62,761 bases of DNA, from contig JBEKKH010000001.1 of NCBI GenBank assembly GCA_050010815.1, positions 1-62,761 on the forward strand. Reading direction: 5' to 3'. The notes under the pieces are model-generated. The model was not told the DNA's origin, searched no databases, and was given only the letters and a program-made list of their open reading frames with translations. This DNA is from Streptosporangiaceae bacterium. Its GTDB lineage: Bacteria; Actinomycetota; Actinomycetes; Streptosporangiales; Streptosporangiaceae. Both the position numbers and the translations under genes were made by a program. This document shows positions 34,835-44,211 of this stretch, piece by piece (the stretch's first letter is position 1; every line of letters starts with the position of its first letter).

Positions 34835-35689
34835 TTCCCCGGCGGCCTGCGCGTCATCCGCGGCGAGCCGGTAGTAGGCGGGCATCAGCACCTCCGCCAG
34901 GTCCTTCCCCCTGACCTTGACCGGCGGCGGTGGAAACATACGCAGCAGCAGGTCGGGCGCGGCCGGGGCGGGTGCCGCGGCCAGCGCCCGCAGCCGGGCC
35001 GGGCTCAACCCGGGTGACCAGAACGCCTCCAGGCAGTCGGCGAGCGGCGCGGCCGGCACGTCGAGGCCGGCCGGGGACGGCCGGGCCGGAACCGCGGCCT
35101 CGATCTGGCGCAGCGCCGCGAGCAGCTCGTCGCGTCCCTTGCCGCGCCAGGCCAGCAAGCCGAACGGGTCACGGTCGAACTCCTCGGCCAGGACGTAACA
35201 GACGGCGGCCAGATGCTTGCACGGCACGCCCCAGTCCGGGCAGCTGCACCGCATGTCCAGGTCGCCGGCGCTGCGGGGAAACAACGGCGTGCCGCAGTCG
35301 TCGAACACCTCCTCGATCTCGTGCGGCATCTCGCCCGCGAGCAGCTTGGCCCGGAACAGCGCCTGGCTGGCCAGCCGTTTCTGCACGCGACGCCATTGCG
35401 CGGTGGTCAGCGGCAGGACCCCGATGCGGACCTGGTAGGGCCGCACCCGTGATCCCTGCACCTGGGCCGTGACCTTGCCCTGGGACAGCTCGAAGTCGAG
35501 CACCTGGCCGGCCCGGGCATAGCTGCGCCCCCGGGCCAGCCGGCCGCTCATGCCGTAGGACTCGAGCACGCTGATGAACCGCCGGGACCACCACTGCTCG
35601 CCGATCGCGCCCCGCTTGCTCCGGGCCTTGATCCCGCCCTCCACCCGGATCGTCCGGGCCGGCGGCCAGTCCCCCCACGAACCGGGCAT
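34817..35689 (-). CDS. SWIM zinc-finger protein (partner of the SNF2 helicase)
   Basis: The real start is the ATG at 35689 (MPGSWGDWPP...). SWIM motif CSCPDWGVPCKHLAAV. Its ATG overlaps the SNF2 stop (TAATG). Confidence 0.85.
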   Translation of the reverse strand: MPGSWGDWPPARTIRVEGGIKARSKRGAIGEQWWSRRFISVLESYGMSGRLARGRSYARAGQVLDFELSQGKVTAQVQGSRVRPYQVRIGVLPLTTAQWRRVQKRLASQALFRAKLLAGEMPHEIEEVFDDCGTPLFPRSAGDLDMRCSCPDWGVPCKHLAAVCYVLAEEFDRDPFGLLAWRGKGRDELLAALRQIEAAVPARPSPAGLDVPAAPLADCLEAFWSPGLSPARLRALAAAPAPAAPDLLLRMFPPPPVKVRGKDLAEVLMPAYYRLAADDAQAAGEQPGSV

Positions 35690-38600
35690 TATTCGCTCAC
35701 CGCGTCCGGGGAGAGGGTCAGGACGGCGCGCAGGTCGTCGGTGGACAGCTCGGTAAGCCAGCTTTCGCCGGTGCCGACGATGCTCTGCGCCAGGGCCTTT
35801 TTCTCCTCGATCATCGCATCGATCCGCTCCTCCAGGGTGCCGACGCAGACGAACTTGCGGACCTGCACGTTCTTGTGCTGGCCGATGCGGAACGCCCGGT
35901 CGGTGGCCTGATCTTCGACGGCCGGGTTCCACCACCGGTCGACGTGGATCACGTGGCTGGCCGCGGTCAGGTTCAGCCCGGTGCCGCCGGCCTTGAGCGA
36001 GAGCAGGAACAGGGCGGGCTCGTCGAGCTCGGCGAACGTGGCCACCATCGCGTCCCGCTGTTTCTTGGTCGTGCCGCCGTGCAGGAACAACACGGGGCAG
36101 CCCAGCCGGGCGGCGAGGTGCGGCTGGAGCATCCGGCCGAACTCGGCGTACTGCGTGAAGCACAGCGCCTTGTCCCCGTCGGCCATGATCTCGTCGCAGA
36201 TCTCCTCCAGCCGGGCCAGCTTGCCGGACCGGCCCGCCAGCCGGGAACCGTCGCCCAGCAGGTGCGCGGGATGGTTGCATACCTGCTTGAGCCTGGCCAT
36301 CGTGGCCAGCACCAGGCCACGGCGGCCAATGTCGTCGGCGGCCTCGGCGATGCGGCTGAGCATGTCGGTAACGGTGGCCGCGTACAGGCTGGCCTGCTCG
36401 GGGGTGAGGTTGCACCAGATCTTCATCTCCTGCTTGTCCGGCAGGTCGGAGATGATCGTCTTGTCGGTCTTCAGGCGGCGCAGCACGAACGGCTGGGTCA
36501 CGCGCTTCAGCGCCTGCGCGGCGTCCGGTGAGCCGTGCCGCTCGATCGGGAGCGCGTACTTCTCCCGGAACTTCGCCGCCGTCCCGAGCAGGCCGGGATT
36601 GGTGAACTCCATGATCGACCACAGGTCGGACAGCCGGTTCTCCACCGGCGTCCCGGTGAGCGCGATCCTGGCGGCGGCCGGCAGTGCGCGGACCGCCCGG
36701 GCCTGCCTGGTGGCGTGATTCTTAATGTTCTGGGCTTCGTCGCAGACCACCCGCGCCCAGGTCAGCTGGCTGAGCGCGTCGCGGTCCCTGGTCACCACCC
36801 CGTAGCTGGTGATGACCAGGTCGACGTCGGCCAGCGCGGCGGACAGCCCGTCCGCATCCAGCCGGTCCGCGCCGTGGTGGACGTGCACCCGCAAGTCCGG
36901 TGTGAACCGGGCCGCTTCCCGCTGCCAGTTGCCGACCAGCGACATCGGGCAGACCAGCAATGTCGGGGCGGACCCAACGCCCCCATAGGACCGCACGGTC
37001 CCGGCGCCCGCCTGATCCGCCAGCAGCGACAGCAGCTGGATGGTCTTGCCCAGGCCCATGTCGTCGGCCAGGATGCCGCCGAGGCCGAGGCCGCCCAGGA
37101 AGGACAGCCAGGACAGCCCCCGCTCCTGATAGGGCCGCAGCTGGCCGCTGAAGCCCGCCGGAGTGGTCATCGGCGCCAGCCGCCGGTCCGCCTGGCCCGA
37201 CAGCAGGTCGCCCAGCCAGCCGTCGGCGTCGACGCCGACCAGGGGAACCTCATCGTCCGGGCCGTTCAGCCCGGCGGCCAGCGCCTGCGCCGCGGTCATC
37301 GTCCCGGCCTGCTGACGTTCCAGGAACCGCAGCGCGGCCGCCAGATGCGCCTCGTCAAGCTCCACCCACTGGCCGCGGATCCGGACCAGCGGCACCTTGA
37401 GCCGGGCCAGCTCAGCCAGCTCGGCCGGATCGAGCGCCTCGTCACCGACGGCAACGTCGTACCGGAAATCCACCAGGTCGCCCAGGCCGAACCTCGATAC
37501 GGTGGCCGACGAGCCGGCCGACGCCCGGGAGCGGGTGGTCAGCTTCAGGCCGAGACGGGCCTTGCGGACCCAGTCGGGCATCAGCACCCCGAACCCGGCC
37601 CCGGAGAGCAGCGGTCCGGTCTGGGACAGGAACCGGAACGCGCCCGGAGTGTCCAGCTCCACCATGGCCGGGGCACTCTCGCGCAGCGCGACCTCGACCT
37701 CGCCGAACAGCCGGGCGGCGGCACCGAGCCCGGCCAGCAGTTCCTCCACCGGATCACGGCCGGCCGCCGCCGATCCGGTGGAGGCCCCGGCCCGGCCCAG
37801 GAAACCCGAGCCGTGACCGGCCCACACATCCGCCGCGGAAATCATCAGGCTGGGATCATCGGCGGACTGCAGCGCGAACTCGACCCGCCACAGGTCCGAT
37901 TCGGGCCCCGTCGGCTCGGGGGGCTCGGCCAGCCGGAAGCAGGTCCGGACCGGGCCCGCCGGTATCCGAGCGGCGTCCAGCCAGGTGCCGAGCTCCGCGG
38001 TGAGCTGCTCCGCTTCCGCCTCGTCCTGGGGCGTCACCACGTCGATGCGGGCATCGGTGGTGGTCAGGGAGACCACGAACCGTTCGGCCACCGGAATCCG
38101 AGCCGGGCTCCGGCCGCGCCTCGCGGTCAGCAGCGAAGCGGGCAGGCGGGAGCGTACGGCGGCATCGGTGAGCACTTCCAGCGCACCTGCCAGCAGCGGG
38201 CCCGGTGGCTGCCCGTCCAGCTCGTCACCGGCCGGCTCGGCCCGGCAGGACGGCGGCATGGCCGCAGCCAGGTCGCGTCCCCGCTGCCCGTCGGCACCGC
38301 CAAGCACCGGACGCCACCGGGCGGCGTGCGTCCCGCCCTGGCTGACCAGGACCGGCAGCACGCGGCCGCGGGCCGCCAGGTCGACGGCGAAGCGGGCCAC
38401 GGCCGCCAGGTAGGGCAACGATCCGCCCGGCGTCACCGCGGGCTCATCGAGCTGGCTGAACCGGCCGAGCACGTCCAGTGCGGCGGCCGGGTCGAAGACG
38501 AGCACCGGTACCCGCCACCGGGCCAGCGACACCCGGCCGACCGGACCGCGCCGGACCGGGCCCGCCAATACCGGATCCGCCAACGCCCGGTCCGCCAACG

Positions 38601-39003
38601 CCCCGTCCGCCAACGCCCCGTCCGCCAACGCCAGAGCTGCAGGAGCCAGAGCTGCAGGAGCCAGAGCTGCGGGGGGCTGGCCCAGCTGAGGTGAGGCGAG
38701 CGGCGCCCGGCCGGCCGATGGCAGCAGCAGCGTCAGCTCGTCATCGACGGCCTTGCGGGCGGCGCCGGCTCCCGGCCAGACCAGGCCGCCGAGCAGGCCG
38801 GCCAGCTCGGAGGCTGGCCAGGCGAAGGGGTGGGGCCGGAGGGTTCGCGGCGAGCCACCCCGGACAAAGCCCGCGGCCTGGTGCAGTACCGGGTCCTCGG
38901 CCCACAGGCAGAGCGCACCCTTCGCCCAGATCCCATGAAGGGTAGTGCTAGCTCTGCTGCTTTGCGCTTCCGCGGCCCTACCCACCTCCCCACGCCCCTT
39001 CAC
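35689..39003 (-). CDS. SNF2/DEAD-like helicase (HelZ-like), 1104 aa
   Basis: N-terminus LHGIWAKGALCLWAED, motif I DDMGLGKT, DEAQ box CDEAQNIKN, and helicase C motifs DRWWNPAVEDQATDRAFRIGQ. Confidence 0.9.
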   Translation of the reverse strand: MKGRGEVGRAAEAQSSRASTTLHGIWAKGALCLWAEDPVLHQAAGFVRGGSPRTLRPHPFAWPASELAGLLGGLVWPGAGAARKAVDDELTLLLPSAGRAPLASPQLGQPPAALAPAALAPAALALADGALADGALADRALADPVLAGPVRRGPVGRVSLARWRVPVLVFDPAAALDVLGRFSQLDEPAVTPGGSLPYLAAVARFAVDLAARGRVLPVLVSQGGTHAARWRPVLGGADGQRGRDLAAAMPPSCRAEPAGDELDGQPPGPLLAGALEVLTDAAVRSRLPASLLTARRGRSPARIPVAERFVVSLTTTDARIDVVTPQDEAEAEQLTAELGTWLDAARIPAGPVRTCFRLAEPPEPTGPESDLWRVEFALQSADDPSLMISAADVWAGHGSGFLGRAGASTGSAAAGRDPVEELLAGLGAAARLFGEVEVALRESAPAMVELDTPGAFRFLSQTGPLLSGAGFGVLMPDWVRKARLGLKLTTRSRASAGSSATVSRFGLGDLVDFRYDVAVGDEALDPAELAELARLKVPLVRIRGQWVELDEAHLAAALRFLERQQAGTMTAAQALAAGLNGPDDEVPLVGVDADGWLGDLLSGQADRRLAPMTTPAGFSGQLRPYQERGLSWLSFLGGLGLGGILADDMGLGKTIQLLSLLADQAGAGTVRSYGGVGSAPTLLVCPMSLVGNWQREAARFTPDLRVHVHHGADRLDADGLSAALADVDLVITSYGVVTRDRDALSQLTWARVVCDEAQNIKNHATRQARAVRALPAAARIALTGTPVENRLSDLWSIMEFTNPGLLGTAAKFREKYALPIERHGSPDAAQALKRVTQPFVLRRLKTDKTIISDLPDKQEMKIWCNLTPEQASLYAATVTDMLSRIAEAADDIGRRGLVLATMARLKQVCNHPAHLLGDGSRLAGRSGKLARLEEICDEIMADGDKALCFTQYAEFGRMLQPHLAARLGCPVLFLHGGTTKKQRDAMVATFAELDEPALFLLSLKAGGTGLNLTAASHVIHVDRWWNPAVEDQATDRAFRIGQHKNVQVRKFVCVGTLEERIDAMIEEKKALAQSIVGTGESWLTELSTDDLRAVLTLSPDAVSE
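38576..38672 (-). repeat. Two adjacent in-frame 15-bp tandem arrays inside the SNF2 N-terminal region
   Basis: TCCGCCAACGCCCC(G) about 3.8 times and AGAGCTGCAGGAGCC about 2.7 times, encoding (ALADG)n and (APAAL)n. Confidence 0.9.
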
Positions 39004-39293
39004 TGGCGCCGCCTTCCCTCGTCGCTCGTTCCTCGCTCCTCAGTCCAGGCGCCGCCGACGCCCCTTCAGCGCGACCTTAGCTCCGGGGTACGTCATTGGG
39101 GACCGGTAGCCGTGGGCCGCAGGATAGCCAAAAGTGACGTAAACGAAGATGGCGCGGCATCCGCGGCCGGCACGGCGGAAACTAGGGCCGGCTATGGCCG
39201 GCTCAACGGTTCATCGTACCGGGGCGGTGCCGGGTGAGAGCGAGGACCGGGCGACAAAGTAGGAGGTTGACCCGCTGAAGTGGTGCGGGTGGG

Positions 39294-39515
39294 TCAGCTG
39301 GGGGTGCTGGGACCGGTGACGGGTTCCTCGGCGTTACTAGCGGCGTCCTGGGGGACGGCGGCGGGATCGGGGGTGATCTTGCGGAACTGCTTGTTCATCG
39401 AGCGGAGCAGGAAGACAAGCACGACGGCGATGCCCGCCACCACGAGGAAGCCGAGCACCCCGGGCTCGACGTCGCTGACGGACGAGGAGGTCGCCGCGAG
39501 CACCCCGAACGTCAC
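39294..39515 (-). CDS. Small single-pass membrane protein
   Basis: GTG start overlapping the mca stop (GTGA). TM helix GVLGFLVVAGIAVVLVFLL. Confidence 0.6.
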   Translation of the reverse strand: MTFGVLAATSSSVSDVEPGVLGFLVVAGIAVVLVFLLRSMNKQFRKITPDPAAVPQDAASNAEEPVTGPSTPS

Positions 39516-40408
39516 AGGCTCACCCTCTCCCGGACGCCCGCGAACAGGTCGTCCTCTGGCAGATCGGTGTCGACCACCGACCTAGCCAGATGATAGTCCT
39601 CCGTCGGCCAAGCGGACCGCTGCACGTCGATCGGGCAGCGGAACCAGAAGCCAGCCGGGTCGACCTGGGTGGCATGCGCCTTCAGGGCCTGATCCCTGAC
39701 CTCGAAGAAGTCGCCGCACGGCACCCTGGTGGTGATCTCAAACTCGTGCTGGTCGTGCCCGCGCTCGGCCGCCCGGGCCGCCCGCTCCTCGAAGATCTTC
39801 GTGTACGGCGACTCCAGGCCGCGGCGGATCATCTCCTCGTGCAGGGCCACGAACTTCGCGCCGTGAAACGAGGCGAAGTAGTACAGCTTGAGCGGCTGCC
39901 ACGGCTCGCCGGAATCCGGGTACGCGTCCGGATCGGCGGCGGCCTCGAACGCCGCCACCGCGACCCGGTGGGTCATGATGTGATCGGGGTGCGGATAGCC
40001 GCCCTGTTCGTCGTAGGTGATCATCACGTGCGGCCTGAACTCGCGGATGGCCCGGACCAGCGGCTCGGCCGCCGCCGTCACCTCGGTGAGCGCGAAGCAG
40101 CCCTCGGGCAGCGGCGGCTTGGGGTCGCCCTCGGGCAGGCCGGAGTCGACGAAACCGAGGAAGCGCTGCTCAACGCCGAGGATCTCCCTGGCTCGCGCCA
40201 TCTCCGCCCGCCGCACGCCGGAGATGTCGGCCTTGATCTCTGGACGGTCCATGGCCGGGTTCAGGATGTCGCCGCGTTCCCCGCCGGTCATCGTGGCCAC
40301 CAGCACCTGGGCACCCTCGCGGACATAGCGCGCCATCGTCGCGGCGCCCTTGCTCGACTCGTCGTCCGGGTGCGCGTGCACGGCCATCAGCCGAACCTGG
40401 TTTTGCAA
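39512..40408 (-). CDS. mca: Mycothiol S-conjugate amidase
   Basis: RLMAVHAHPDDESSKGAATMARY and later HPDH motifs of the LmbE/Mca family. TTG start preceded by GAGGGAGA. Confidence 0.9.
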   Translation of the reverse strand: MQNQVRLMAVHAHPDDESSKGAATMARYVREGAQVLVATMTGGERGDILNPAMDRPEIKADISGVRRAEMARAREILGVEQRFLGFVDSGLPEGDPKPPLPEGCFALTEVTAAAEPLVRAIREFRPHVMITYDEQGGYPHPDHIMTHRVAVAAFEAAADPDAYPDSGEPWQPLKLYYFASFHGAKFVALHEEMIRRGLESPYTKIFEERAARAAERGHDQHEFEITTRVPCGDFFEVRDQALKAHATQVDPAGFWFRCPIDVQRSAWPTEDYHLARSVVDTDLPEDDLFAGVRERVSL

Positions 40409-40614
40409 CAGGGGTCTCCCTCACTTAAACCTTCAGTCCCGCCAACACCCGTTCACCTGCACGACATTCCCCAGTCGGGGGTCATGGCGCGGTTCTCCCA
40501 TTTGACTCCAGCGCTCAAGTCGCCGACGCTAGTTAGCCTCAGACAGATTAACCCCCCGAGGACCGACCCACGGTCCCGCGGACTTTACGTCCTGCGCAGT
40601 ACCAAGGAGTGCCC

Positions 40615-41115
40615 GTGACTGAGACGCGCGACGATACCGTCACCTGGTTGACCCAGGAGGCGTACGACCGGCTCAAGGCCGAGCTTGACCACCTTTCAGG
40701 ACCGGGGCGCGTCGATATCGCGAAGAAGATCGAGGCGGCCCGCGACGAGGGCGACCTGAAGGAGAACGGCGGCTACCATGCGGCCAAGGACGAGCAGGGC
40801 CAGATCGAGGCGCGGATCCTCCTGCTCATGCACATCCTGGAAAACGCCCGGGTGGGCGGGCCGCCGCGCACCGACGGCGTGGTCGGCCCGGGCATGACCG
40901 TCACCATCCGGTTCGTCAAGGACGACGACGAGGTGACGTTCCTGCTCGCCTCCCGCGAGGAGAGCGGCTCGCCGATCGACGTCTACTCGCCTCGCTCGCC
41001 GCTCGGGGCCGCGATCTCGGGTAAGAAGGTCGGCGAGCGGGCCACCTACTCGCTGCCGAACGGCCGCCCCTGCACCGTCGAGATCCTGGAGGCCGTCCCG
41101 TACGTCGGGGTGTAA
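40615..41115 (+). CDS. greA: Transcription elongation factor GreA
   Basis: VTWLTQEAYDRLKAELDHL...EGDLKENGGYHAAKDEQ. The GTG at 40615 lies 7 nt after AAGGAG. The ORF-track GTG at 40609 abuts the RBS. Confidence 0.95.
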   Translation: MTETRDDTVTWLTQEAYDRLKAELDHLSGPGRVDIAKKIEAARDEGDLKENGGYHAAKDEQGQIEARILLLMHILENARVGGPPRTDGVVGPGMTVTIRFVKDDDEVTFLLASREESGSPIDVYSPRSPLGAAISGKKVGERATYSLPNGRPCTVEILEAVPYVGV

Positions 41116-41196
41116 AAGCCAAAACCTTTGGGCCGAACGGGCCGTGGTCTTCCCGACCACGGCCCGCGCGGTCTGGCGGGTGGTTGCGCTGGGTGC

Positions 41197-42846
41197 TTAC
41201 GATACGAGTTCGGCCTGCTGGCTGGGGGTTTCCCCGGCTCCCTGGACGGGCGTCCGGCCGCGCAGCGGAACCTCCTTGATCAGCAAGGCCAGCACGAAGA
41301 TGAGCACTCCGGCAGGCGCGGCGAAGATGAACACGCCCTGGACCGCGTGCGCGATGGCGTAGAACACGTCATGCTTGATCGGCGCGGGCAGCTTGTTGAC
41401 CACGGTGGGATCAAGCTGGCCGCCGCTCACGTTGACGTGTACCCCGTTCCCGACCGCCGTGCGCAGCGAGGCGGTCAGCCGGCTGGCGAACAGCGCGCCG
41501 AACGCGGACACGCCGAGCGACCCGCCGATCTGCTGGAAAAACATCCGGGCGCTGCTGGCTACGCCCATGTCCTGGGGCTTCACGCTGTTCTGGGCGATCA
41601 GCGAGACCATCTGCATCAGGAAGCCCATGCCGAGGCCGAGCACGACGTAGTACAGGCCCGATGTCGTGCGGCTGGTGTCGACGCCCAGCCTGGTCAGCAG
41701 GAACAAGCCGACGGTCATGATGGCCCCGCCCAGGACCGGGAACAGCTTGTACCGGCCGGTCCTGGTGGTCACCTGACCCGACAAGATGGAGGTGACCGTC
41801 ACGCCGAGCATCATCGGGGTCAGCATCAGCCCGCTGACCACGGCCGACGCACCCTGCACGGTCTGCTGATACAGCGGCAGGAACGTCATCGCGCCGAACA
41901 TGGCCAGGCCGGTGAGGAACGTCAGCGCCATCGTGACCGAGAAGTTCCGGTTCCGGAAGACGTGCAGCGGCAGGATCGGCTCGGCCGCCCTGGTCTCGGT
42001 GACCAGGAACCCCGCGGTGGCCGCCACGGCGATCACGCCAAGGCCGATGATCTGCACCGAACTCCAGGCGTACTCGCTGCCGCCGAAGGTGGCCAGCAGG
42101 ATGACCGCGATCGCGGCCACGGCGAGCAGCCCGCCGCCCAGGTAGTCGATCGTGTGGCTGACCTTCTTCGCGGGCACGTGCAGGACGGCGAGCAGGTAGA
42201 TAAGCGCCGCGCCGCCCAGCGGGAGGTTGATGTAGAAGATCCAGCGCCAGGAGAAGCTGTCGGTGATGAACCCGCCGGCCAGCGGGCCGCCGATCGTGGC
42301 GAGCATCATCACCACCATCATGTAGCTCATGTAGCGACCGCGCTCGCGCGGCGCCACGATGTCGCCGAGCGTGGCCATCGCGCCGACCATGAGGCCGCCT
42401 GCCCCTAGGCCCTGGATCGCGCGGAACGCGATGAGCTGCGCCATGTCCTGCGACAGGCCGGACAGCGCCGAGCCGGCTAGGAAGATCACGATCGCGAAGA
42501 TGAACAGCTTCTTGCGGCCGTACATGTCGCCGAGCTTGCCGTAGAACGGCGTGGTCACGGTCGAGGCCAGCACGTACGCGGTGACCACCCAGGCCAGGTG
42601 GGTCACCCCGCCCAGGCTGCCCACGATCCGCGGCAGCGCCGTTCCCACGATGAGCTGGTCGAGCATGGCCAGCAGGATCGCCATCAGCAGTCCGGGCAGC
42701 ACGATCAAGACCTCGCGCCGGTCCGCGTACTGCGTCCCGTCCGCCCCCGGCCCGCCTGCCCCGGCCGCCCCCGGCCCGGCTATCCCCGACCCGCCGGGCC
42801 CGGCCGTGCCCGACCCGCCCGCTCCGTCGCCCGTTGCCTCCGCCAC
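41197..42846 (-). CDS. MFS transporter, DHA2 (EmrB/QacA, 14-TMS) type
   Basis: MLDQLIVGTALPRI, 14 hydrophobic segments. The GTG at 42846 with GGAAGGAG 6 nt upstream is preferred over the TTG at 42906. Confidence 0.85.
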   Translation of the reverse strand: MAEATGDGAGGSGTAGPGGSGIAGPGAAGAGGPGADGTQYADRREVLIVLPGLLMAILLAMLDQLIVGTALPRIVGSLGGVTHLAWVVTAYVLASTVTTPFYGKLGDMYGRKKLFIFAIVIFLAGSALSGLSQDMAQLIAFRAIQGLGAGGLMVGAMATLGDIVAPRERGRYMSYMMVVMMLATIGGPLAGGFITDSFSWRWIFYINLPLGGAALIYLLAVLHVPAKKVSHTIDYLGGGLLAVAAIAVILLATFGGSEYAWSSVQIIGLGVIAVAATAGFLVTETRAAEPILPLHVFRNRNFSVTMALTFLTGLAMFGAMTFLPLYQQTVQGASAVVSGLMLTPMMLGVTVTSILSGQVTTRTGRYKLFPVLGGAIMTVGLFLLTRLGVDTSRTTSGLYYVVLGLGMGFLMQMVSLIAQNSVKPQDMGVASSARMFFQQIGGSLGVSAFGALFASRLTASLRTAVGNGVHVNVSGGQLDPTVVNKLPAPIKHDVFYAIAHAVQGVFIFAAPAGVLIFVLALLIKEVPLRGRTPVQGAGETPSQQAELVS

Positions 42847-42890
42847 CCGTCGCTCCTTCCGGCCCGTTTCGCGGCCGGCCCGGTGCGTTG

Positions 42891-42944
42891 ACTTACCGGC
42901 CGGCAAGTCATTATCCTAAAATCGCTACTTACCGGCCGTCAAGT
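42891..42944. promoter_or_regulatory. Two copies of an 18-bp near-palindrome (candidate TetR operators)
   Basis: ACTTACCGGCCGGCAAGT (42891-42908) and ACTTACCGGCCGTCAAGT (42927-42944), in the MFS/TetR divergent intergenic region. Confidence 0.5.
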
Positions 42945-42985
42945 AAATTGGCGGCTCCGGCTTCGCGAGGGAGCACGAGACGTCC

Positions 42986-43555
42986 ATGCACGACGCGGCA
43001 GCCAGGCCGCGGACCGGTACGCGGGCCCGCGTCCAGCAGGTGGCGCTCGAGCTCTTCGCCGAGCAGGGGTACGAGAAGACGTCGCTACGCGAGATTGCCG
43101 AGCGCCTGGGGGTAACCAAGGCCGCCCTGTATTACCACTTCAAGTCCAAGGACGATATCGTCCACAGCTTCACCGACGACTATTTCGCCGAGTTCGACGC
43201 GCTCGTGGCGTGGGCCATCGAGCAGCCACGGAGCGAGGCGACCCGGCGCGAGATGCTTAACCGTTACGCGGGGATCGTACTGGCCGGCCATGAGGTCTTC
43301 CGCTTCCTTGAGCAGAACCGTGCCTCGGTCGAGACCATGCACGGCGGAAAGGACCGGTTCGCCCGCTTCCGCGACCGGCTCGACGACCTCGTCGACGCGC
43401 TGGTGGGCTCCGACGCCCCGCTGCGAGACCGGGTGCGGGCCAGCACGGCCGTGCTGGCGGTCGGCGCGACCTGCCGGTTCTACCTGCGGCAGGCGGACGA
43501 TGAGGACAAGCTGCGCGCCATCGTGCTGGAGATAGCCACCGACCTCACCAGCTGA
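42986..43555 (+). CDS. TetR-family transcriptional regulator
   Basis: RVQQVALELFAEQGYEKTSLREIAERLGVTKAALYYHF. Confidence 0.9.
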   Translation: MHDAAARPRTGTRARVQQVALELFAEQGYEKTSLREIAERLGVTKAALYYHFKSKDDIVHSFTDDYFAEFDALVAWAIEQPRSEATRREMLNRYAGIVLAGHEVFRFLEQNRASVETMHGGKDRFARFRDRLDDLVDALVGSDAPLRDRVRASTAVLAVGATCRFYLRQADDEDKLRAIVLEIATDLTS

Positions 43556-43589
43556 ACCCCCGGCCCGGCCGCACCGCGACGCCGCCCGG

Positions 43590-44190
43590 CTAGGGGAAGA
43601 AGGTCAGGAATCCGCCGGAGTCGGCCGGGGGCGGCGGAGGTGCAGCGGATGTAGGCGTGACCTCGACGTCCACCCAGTAGTTCGGGGCGCCGCCGGTGTC
43701 GTACGTGCCGGGGTAGGCGAAGGCCGATCCCTGGTTATAACTGCTCTGGCCGAGGCTGCTGGCCGCCGACTCGTTCGGCGCCGAAAGCGGGCCGCTTGAA
43801 ATCCCGCCGCCGCCCAGGCCGGTGGACCAGTAATTGAGCGTGGCCGAGTTCCAGGAGTCCGGATTGGCCGCGCCGTTGAACACCGCCACCTTGTAATAGC
43901 CACCGGGGACCAGCGTGACGCCCGCGCTGCTGTAGTCGCACGACACCCAGCCACTGCCGGCCCGCGTTCGTGTCGTCGACCTGCCACAGGGCGAACGACT
44001 GCGCGCTGGTCTGCTGGCCCGAACCGCAGACCCACCACCAGAACCCCTCGAACCAGAGGTTGGCCGCGGTGACCTGGAAGGCGATCCCGGCGAGATAATT
44101 TCCGCTGTGGGAGGCCGCGGTTGACGGGCCGTTACCGGGACGCCCGCCGACGCCGTCCATCAGTTTGCGGAACGGCACTTTCGGCCACAT
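43590..44190 (-). pseudogene. DUF4082-like protein gene split by a frameshift near 43955-43965
   Basis: ORF 43735..44190 (..NYLAGIAFQVTAANLWFEGFWWWV..ALWQVDDTNAG) continues in another frame as ORF 43590..43946 (SCDYSSAGVTLVPGGYYKVAVFNG..). A one-base shift in the GCGGGCCGG run restores ..TNAGSGWVSCDYSS.. Confidence 0.5.
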
Positions 44191-44211
44191 TCGACCGGGT
44201 GGATCCCACGG

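Noticed and set aside
34817-36622. 601-aa ORF extending the SWIM gene upstream
   Set aside because: Only the last 290 codons (from the ATG at 35689) are SWIM-like. The upstream part is an alternative frame of the SNF2 3' end.
36535-38694. 719-aa plus-strand ORF opposite the SNF2 helicase, and other ORFs at 35875..36718
   Set aside because: Antisense artefacts rich in Arg/Gly/Pro. The minus-strand gene has all SNF2 motifs.
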